From Candidatus Poribacteria bacterium (GTDB lineage Bacteria; Poribacteria; WGA-4E; PCPOR2b), in assembly GCA_965215015.1 (NCBI GenBank), contig OZ244042.1, positions 416,001 to 480,000 on the forward strand: DNA of 64,000 bases, written 5' to 3'. The notes below the pieces were generated by a model. That model searched no databases and was not told the origin of the DNA. It saw only the letters and a list, made by a program, of their open reading frames with translations. Below, piece after piece: positions 58,062 through 64,000 of this stretch. Positions within the stretch are counted from its first letter, which is position 1. Each line of letters opens with the position of its first letter. Both the position numbers and the translations under genes were made by a program.

Positions 58062-58207
58062 ATAACCAATTCCTCCTCCTCGATAAATCGAAATTTTCAA
58101 CTTGTGATTCTGCTGACAGCTAGTAACTTGCGATGGTTAGTTCATTGGTTCATTTAATGAACCAATGAACTCATCGGCCAATGAACCAGAATGTGGGTTG
58201 GTGATGG

Positions 58208-58915
58208 CTAGAGGAACATCGTGATGCCCATATCAATGTATCTATCACGATCGTTTGGTGCAATACCCCGGAGACAGACCGCAACGCCAGTGCCTTGCAA
58301 CTGCTCTGCCACATGACGCGCACAATCATCAAGGGTCTTGAGCGAATGGTGTGGATAGCTTTCTAGGCTGAAGCTCAGATCTGCTGGTCCAAAAGAAAGA
58401 CAGTCAACACCCGGCTTCGCCAGTTTTCTCGCATTGGTGACCGCATTCACTGACTCTATCTGCATCCAGAGGACACCATTTTCACTCCACCATTTTGCAT
58501 ACTCGACCCGTCCACTATGTTCCGGTGCAACCTCCCGGGAGGGACCGCCCCAACTGCGTTTGCCAATCTGCGGATAGTAAAAGAAATCAATGGCTTCATC
58601 GACCGTAGATTCAAGTTCTACCTGCGGCACCTCAATGCCCGTCGGCCCCAAATCCAGGTAGTTGCCGATAAGGTAGGCATTACGGGTGTGCTTAATCCGG
58701 AATTGAACGGGCATATTAAATTCGTCTGCAACTTGGCAAAAGGTTTGCAGCCGTTCCTCGTTGAACGCGGAGTGCTGACTGTCAGTATTGATGAAATCGA
58801 AATCTGCCCCATCAAGGATGGTTCTGAGATCATCCGGATCTGATGCAACGGGGGCTCCCCGCCCGATAAGCACCTCTCCATCATGTATACGTTGTTTCAA
58901 ACTTTTTTCTGCCAT
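58208..58915 (-). CDS. HpcH/HpaI aldolase family protein
   Basis: DSQHS, LDLGPTGIEVPQVE, YPQIGKRSWG, QIES, FGPADL. Confidence 0.85.
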   Translation of the reverse strand: MAEKSLKQRIHDGEVLIGRGAPVASDPDDLRTILDGADFDFINTDSQHSAFNEERLQTFCQVADEFNMPVQFRIKHTRNAYLIGNYLDLGPTGIEVPQVELESTVDEAIDFFYYPQIGKRSWGGPSREVAPEHSGRVEYAKWWSENGVLWMQIESVNAVTNARKLAKPGVDCLSFGPADLSFSLESYPHHSLKTLDDCARHVAEQLQGTGVAVCLRGIAPNDRDRYIDMGITMFL

Positions 58916-59046
58916 CTGGACCTTCCTTTCAAACTTGATTTTGTTAGATAAAAACTTCCAATCTAATCTTTACAATGTTGTGATGCTCACAGCAGATGAA
59001 CAACATCAAGGCTTTCACCCCAGACTTTGGAAAGCCTTCATAAGTC

Positions 59047-59075
59047 ATTGTACCCGTTTTTCACTTTCCGATCAA
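59047..59075 (-). promoter_or_regulatory. Putative sigma-70 promoter for the aldolase genes
   Basis: Minus strand TTGATC-17 nt-TACAAT, followed by inverted repeat AAGGCTTTC...GAAAGCCTT near 59008-59038. Confidence 0.5.
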
Positions 59076-59300
59076 CAAAAATCAGAGGAGCTTACTATGA
59101 TTCCACCCGGTAGCGATACCTCTGGTACGAACGACAACGCGAAACTACGCTCCAATGGGTTACTCGAGCAAGTGCAAAGCCTAAAAAATCACACCAAGCC
59201 CAGTCTCTAGCAATCAATTTCCCATGTCTTCAGCAGATTTTTAACGGTTTTTCGCCCGAAAGTCCTTTTGAAATGATATAATTATTCAAGTTGTCACCTA

Positions 59301-59464
59301 TAGGACTTACGCAGCTGAACGTTCAATATCTTGTAGCTCGGCGATTCCGTGTCGGCGTACACAACCTCTGAGGCCCGATGAATCGGGCAACTACAACAAG
59401 GGTTCCATTAAGGAGCTCGTAGTGAACAACGATTGGTGTTCCCTACTGAACCGCGTAAGTCCTA
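59301..59464. mobile_element. MITE-like element, TAGGACTTACGCA family
   Basis: TAGGACTTACGC / GCGTAAGTCCTA perfect 12-bp terminal inverted repeat enclosing GTAG-type REP hairpins. Confidence 0.8.
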
Positions 59465-59534
59465 AATATAATGAAAATCTTAGATATTCCATCGTCTTCT
59501 AAGCCAAAGTTGATTTTGGTAAAGGAATCAAACA

Positions 59535-62500
59535 ATGACAGACTACCAACAGCTATATCAAGAGTTCAAACGCTCCGTCAGCCGCTTAATGCAACTTTAC
59601 AGTGAAAAAACGCATTTTGTTGATGAACTGGTTCAGAATGCCGAGGACAGCAGGAGTCTCTGCATGGAATTGCGGTTGGGTGAGAAGGAGTTGTTTGTTT
59701 GGAACGACGGGAACCAGTTTAGCGAAGAGGATGTGTCCAACATCTGTTCGATAGGTTTAAGTAATAAAGACCTGACCCAAATAGGCACTTTTGGCATCGG
59801 CTTCATAGCTGTTCATAACTACACGGATCTCCCGGAAATCTACTCTGGTAATAAACGTTTCCGTATCCGAGATTACAGAAAGCGAGAGGATATTGACGAT
59901 GTCGATTCAAAGGTTGCGAAGCAAATAGATAAAGGCAGAACAGTCTTTCGCCTACCTTTCAAAGATCGCCTACGTCAGAAAGACATTGCATATCTAAAAA
60001 AAGGGCTTTGCAATTTAGAAAAACGATCCCTGCTATTCTTCCGTCATCTTGAAACGATTCAATGGCATGATGAACACAACGGACAAACGGGTTCTTATTC
60101 CTGTCGCCGTTGTCCTCATGATAAAATTCAGAATGCACTCCAAGTTGAGTTGATAGGATCTATTAACGGTGAAAATCAACTGTCGGAAACATTCTTAGTT
60201 TTTTGCAGAGAGGTTCGACCGCCACAAGAAGTGATTGATGAACTTTTGCAGCAAGCAGAAGACGACGAAGAACGAAACCGTATTCAACGATCAGCGAATA
60301 AACAACAGCCGGTTGAAGTCGCATTCAAGCTATGTAACGGTCAAATCACCGGGTTGGACGGTTGTGTCTTGTTTGCTTACCTTCCTACGCAAAGAGAAAC
60401 ACACCTGCGATTTCTCATTCAGGGACGTTATCAGACTACACCCGCGCGTGATAATATTCCAATTGATAATCCATGGAATAAATGGTTGGTACGGGAAACC
60501 ACCAACTTTCTGCCTGAAGTATTGGAACAGTTGAAAGCGGGTGGATTGCTTGAACCGATGTTCTTTGATATATTACCTCTGGAAGGCGACGGTGTGCCGT
60601 CGGCGTTCCTTCCCATCGCCGAGGCTCTGAGAACGGCTATGAAGGAAAGACCGTTTATCCCAACTCAGGACGGAGGGTATGCGAAAGCGGAGAACGTGCA
60701 CGATCCCCATGCCGAATCTCTGAGAAAATTGGTTAAAAGCAGTTGGCTGAATCCGGGCAGCAGTTGGTTGCATCCCGACATACGAGATACGGAAAGGTTT
60801 CGCCGGTGCTTAAAGGTGATGCGCGAAGCAGGTGTAAGAGAAGTAAGCGTCAGTCAAGTGTTGGGTTGGCTTGAAAATCAAACTCCCGGCTGGTTCGAGG
60901 ATAAGCCGAAAGAATGGCTACTTTCGCTGTATGCGTATTTGAAGGAACAACGGTCCGAGCGGGAACGGATAAAAAAACTCCCATTGGTTCGACTTGAAAA
61001 TGGAAGGCATGTAGTATGTGTGGATGATCAACCAGTGTTCCTTCCACCAGATACAGACGAAGACCGTGAAGAAATCGTACCCTTCATCAAGGAGTTACCT
61101 ATCCTGATGTCAGCCCTACTCGAAGGAGATGAACACAACAACATCGAACACTTCTTGAAAACTCTGGGGGTTAGGGAGTTGCGCCCGGAAGAGCTGATTC
61201 GCGAATGGATTATCCCTCAATATTCTCGATCTGACACCCCCAAACCTGCTGTGGAGGAAAACCGCCTGCATCTGCGTTATTTGTGCAAGGTTTGGCATAG
61301 GGGTGGTTGGCGCACAACAGTAGAAATCAGCAAAACTCCGATTCTGTGGGCTTATGATGGCGTTCAACGAGAAGATTATGGCTTTGTAGCCCCCTGCAAG
61401 GCCTATCTGCCACAAGCCTATACAAGCAATACCGATCTGGAAACTTACTTTTCTGTGTGTGATAATGTTTGGTCCGCATGGTTCGTAGACGATGGTTATC
61501 TGGAGACCAATTCCGATTCGGAAGACTGGCTCCAGTTTTTGAAAAGGCTTGGTGCTAAGGATGCACCGCGATTTCTCAAGCAATACCCCGACACCTACGA
61601 CGAAGAATTTGAGGGGCGGAATATTGAAAGGGAACGTAGCACGGGAGAGGAAACTATTGAAGAATATTATTTTGATGGTGTGTACTATTTTTTCGATCAC
61701 CAGGAATCGCATCTTTCACAAGTCCTCTGGCGTTTGTTAGTCAAAGCTCTGCCATCAGAACAAGGAAATCGAGATGTTCTCTTTCAAGGTATCTATCGTT
61801 GGTTCTATTATAGATACAATCAAAAACGCTTTGATGCTCGTTTTTATCTTCTTCTGAAGGCCTATGAGGACTGGCTCCCTGACGATCAAGGCAGCCTTCG
61901 TTCTCCTTCCAAGTGTTTCGCGCCAACTTCTGAAAACCGTAGGGTGTTAGGGGATAGCGTGGCCTACCTGCACCCTGACCTCGATATCAGCGAGGACAAT
62001 GAACCCGCGCGATGGTTAGCTAAGAAGTTGGGGATACACCTGAATGCAAATACGGAAAGTGTACTCAACTACCTGCAAAGATTAAGCAATACAACAGTAA
62101 GTGTTCAGGACATTGAACCCCTCTATCGATTCCTTGCACAACAGGATGCACGGCCACGCGAAAAATTTGAGGAAGAGCCCCTTATCTTTACTCCTTGCCC
62201 AGAACCGCGCTGGTGGCGAACAGATCAGGTGTTTTGGGAGGATGAGAGCGCGGTTTTCGGCAATAGTCGTGGCTATCTCAAAGCACGTTATGCGGAAACG
62301 CTAAAACCATTTTTCATCGCTTTGGGAGTATCGGAACGAGCTTCTTCCTTAGATTATGTCCGTGGTATCCGAGAGGTTACATCTGCAGCACAAGCGAGCG
62401 ATGCGGAGGTTCATAAGCGTGTTAAAGTTCTTTACAGTCGTTTATGGAGCGCGCTGCAAGAAGACGACAGCTTGCTAGAAGACGAAAATTGGCGGAAAGA

Positions 62501-63719
62501 GTGGGAACAAACACGCGAAAGCAGATGTTGGCTTGGAAAGAAGGGAAGTGAATGGGATTTTTTCTACCGAGGTGAATTGGTTTGGAGTGATCACGGTTAT
62601 CGCGCTAAGTTTTTTAAGGACAAAATTCCATTTTGGGAGTTTGATGATTTATTGGAACTGGCTACTAAGTATCTGGCGGTAGAGGGTTGCTCTCAGATCA
62701 AAGTCGAATTTCACCCTAGCGGTGAGAGTAAAAAAGATGAGCGTTGGTCAGAGAAGGTACGAAACCTGCTTCCGCACATTCATGACTTCCTCAAATCACC
62801 GGAGCTGTATGATCGAAAATATGAGGAAACTGGATTTACCCAAGTTTTAGATCGGTTGTCGGTTCGGTTGGTTGAAGAACTAAGGACGACATATACATTA
62901 AAAGGAATTTCCGTTTCTGACCCGGATCCACGTCCGAGTTTTTTGGACGCGACTAATCGGGAAGCGACGCTCTGGTTGGGGTTAAAGGCGGACGAAGATG
63001 AATACGCCGAGCTTATCAGCGATGCCTTAGCGGATTATTTTCGTAGCGAGAGGTTAAGCCAATTCGCCGAGAACTTATTAAACAACAAAGATCAAAAGAA
63101 GGTACTTGCCCGCTGGGAACGGAAGGGGCTCCGAATAGAGGTATCACCACCAGAGGAGGCTTCCAAAGAAGATGAAGTAAAACCAATAGAAACTTTTGAT
63201 GAGAATACTATAAGCGGAACCGATGATTCAGTGGGGGATGAATGTGAACGTTATCCAACTCCCCCACAGTCTGAAGGGATTATAGATACACGTGGAGGCC
63301 ATTGGGGTGGTACGTCCGAAGGGAGAGCAGGAGGCGGGCATGGCAGGGGCGGTGGAGGCGGAGAGGGGCAACCACATTGGAAGTTGAAGGAATGCCTTGC
63401 AAATAATCCCTCTCAACTTGGTGTAGGTTTGACATTGATTGAGCCTGAGTATCAGTTCGAGTCACGGGATAGGGTGGATATCTTACTAGAGGATAGTGCT
63501 GGAAAGCCCGTCACTGTCGAGGTAGAAACACATATTCCATCCGGAAACTACGTTGGGGTCTGGCAAGCCGTGAAGTATAAGCATCTTGCTGCGGTTGAAT
63601 ATCAACTACCGTGTGAGCAAGTGCACAGCATACTTGCAGCACCAGAAATTCCTGATGATGTTAAAGCGAAATGTAGAGAATTAGGAATCGAAGCTAGAGA
63701 GGTGACTATGCCTCCATAG
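59535..63719 (+). CDS. Sacsin/NO-VEIN-type GHKL ATPase with C-terminal NucS-like PD-(D/E)xK nuclease
   Basis: ELVQNAED, WNDG, IGTFGIGF, TVFRLP, FAYLPT, TTPARDNI...WNKWL; after a Gly-rich linker EYQFESRDRVDILLED...VEVE...QAVKY. Confidence 0.82.
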   Translation: MTDYQQLYQEFKRSVSRLMQLYSEKTHFVDELVQNAEDSRSLCMELRLGEKELFVWNDGNQFSEEDVSNICSIGLSNKDLTQIGTFGIGFIAVHNYTDLPEIYSGNKRFRIRDYRKREDIDDVDSKVAKQIDKGRTVFRLPFKDRLRQKDIAYLKKGLCNLEKRSLLFFRHLETIQWHDEHNGQTGSYSCRRCPHDKIQNALQVELIGSINGENQLSETFLVFCREVRPPQEVIDELLQQAEDDEERNRIQRSANKQQPVEVAFKLCNGQITGLDGCVLFAYLPTQRETHLRFLIQGRYQTTPARDNIPIDNPWNKWLVRETTNFLPEVLEQLKAGGLLEPMFFDILPLEGDGVPSAFLPIAEALRTAMKERPFIPTQDGGYAKAENVHDPHAESLRKLVKSSWLNPGSSWLHPDIRDTERFRRCLKVMREAGVREVSVSQVLGWLENQTPGWFEDKPKEWLLSLYAYLKEQRSERERIKKLPLVRLENGRHVVCVDDQPVFLPPDTDEDREEIVPFIKELPILMSALLEGDEHNNIEHFLKTLGVRELRPEELIREWIIPQYSRSDTPKPAVEENRLHLRYLCKVWHRGGWRTTVEISKTPILWAYDGVQREDYGFVAPCKAYLPQAYTSNTDLETYFSVCDNVWSAWFVDDGYLETNSDSEDWLQFLKRLGAKDAPRFLKQYPDTYDEEFEGRNIERERSTGEETIEEYYFDGVYYFFDHQESHLSQVLWRLLVKALPSEQGNRDVLFQGIYRWFYYRYNQKRFDARFYLLLKAYEDWLPDDQGSLRSPSKCFAPTSENRRVLGDSVAYLHPDLDISEDNEPARWLAKKLGIHLNANTESVLNYLQRLSNTTVSVQDIEPLYRFLAQQDARPREKFEEEPLIFTPCPEPRWWRTDQVFWEDESAVFGNSRGYLKARYAETLKPFFIALGVSERASSLDYVRGIREVTSAAQASDAEVHKRVKVLYSRLWSALQEDDSLLEDENWRKEWEQTRESRCWLGKKGSEWDFFYRGELVWSDHGYRAKFFKDKIPFWEFDDLLELATKYLAVEGCSQIKVEFHPSGESKKDERWSEKVRNLLPHIHDFLKSPELYDRKYEETGFTQVLDRLSVRLVEELRTTYTLKGISVSDPDPRPSFLDATNREATLWLGLKADEDEYAELISDALADYFRSERLSQFAENLLNNKDQKKVLARWERKGLRIEVSPPEEASKEDEVKPIETFDENTISGTDDSVGDECERYPTPPQSEGIIDTRGGHWGGTSEGRAGGGHGRGGGGGEGQPHWKLKECLANNPSQLGVGLTLIEPEYQFESRDRVDILLEDSAGKPVTVEVETHIPSGNYVGVWQAVKYKHLAAVEYQLPCEQVHSILAAPEIPDDVKAKCRELGIEAREVTMPP

Positions 63720-63944
63720 GACTTACGCAGCTGAACGTTCAAAACCTTGTCGTTCAGCGATTCAACACTGTAGAAAACAATTGCTGGTGCGATAAGAACC
63801 GACCAACAGCAGTCAATCCGTAGGCTCATAGTTGGACGATTCATCGAATACCCGTTGTCTCGTGCGGTAGTGTATGGCGAATTGAGCCAGAATACTTTAG
63901 CGCGATGTTGTTGGTATCCGACGCGCAATAAATTGCGCTACTAC
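63717..63944. repeat. TAGGACTTACGCA-family repeat left end and REP-like hairpin
   Basis: taggacttacgcagctgaacgttcaa identical to 59301-59326; GCGCAATAAATTGCGC-TACTAC at 63923-63944; right end not seen in the window. Confidence 0.75.
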
Positions 63945-64000
63945 AAACTGTTTTGAATCCGGATCTCATTGAGGAGGGGCGTAATGTATATAACAAAAGC

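Noticed and set aside
63292-63370. G-rich tract as a G-quadruplex or repeat element
   Set aside because: Explained by the Gly-rich linker codons of the sacsin-nuclease protein.
59301-63944. Integron cassette with attC sites
   Set aside because: The flanking repeats lack clear RYYYAAC/GTTRRRY boxes in the expected arrangement and no integrase is visible; MITE/REP fits better.

Overview
Bacterial chromosomal window with about 50 intact genes and no recognisable rRNA, tRNA or CRISPR array. Most of it is catabolic and housekeeping: six PhyH-family 2OG/Fe(II) dioxygenases, two sulfatases, a GH51, peptidases, SDR/MDR dehydrogenases, two HpcH aldolases, a Lol-like ABC cassette, prs, trpF, sppA, ptrB, infA and a cysteine synthase. 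This PhyH/sulfatase-rich content suggests a Candidatus Poribacteria-like organism (inference only). Three accessory, defence-like loci stand out. (1) 27434-31945: a translationally coupled three-gene operon. It encodes an 804-aa chimera (PspA-like N-terminus, tandem RNA-polymerase alpha-CTD copies, sigma-70 region-4 HTH), a winged-helix-like protein and a MORC/MutL-like GHKL ATPase whose frame continues past an apparently premature TAA. (2) 52758-55175: a beta-class DNA amino-methyltransferase fused in frame to a complete AlkA-type HhH-GPD glycosylase, behind a truncated restriction endonuclease. (3) 59535-63719: a sacsin-type GHKL ATPase with a C-terminal NucS-like nuclease, bracketed by identical 26-bp repeat ends. 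Also present: IF-1 with a long repeat-containing basic N-terminal extension, several MITE/REP families (one with 8-bp target-site duplications), a decayed tnpB with its right end, an orphan multi-hairpin element ending in an IS200/IS605-like end, and pseudogene fragments missed by the ORF track. All family calls come from motif recognition by eye; no searches were run.
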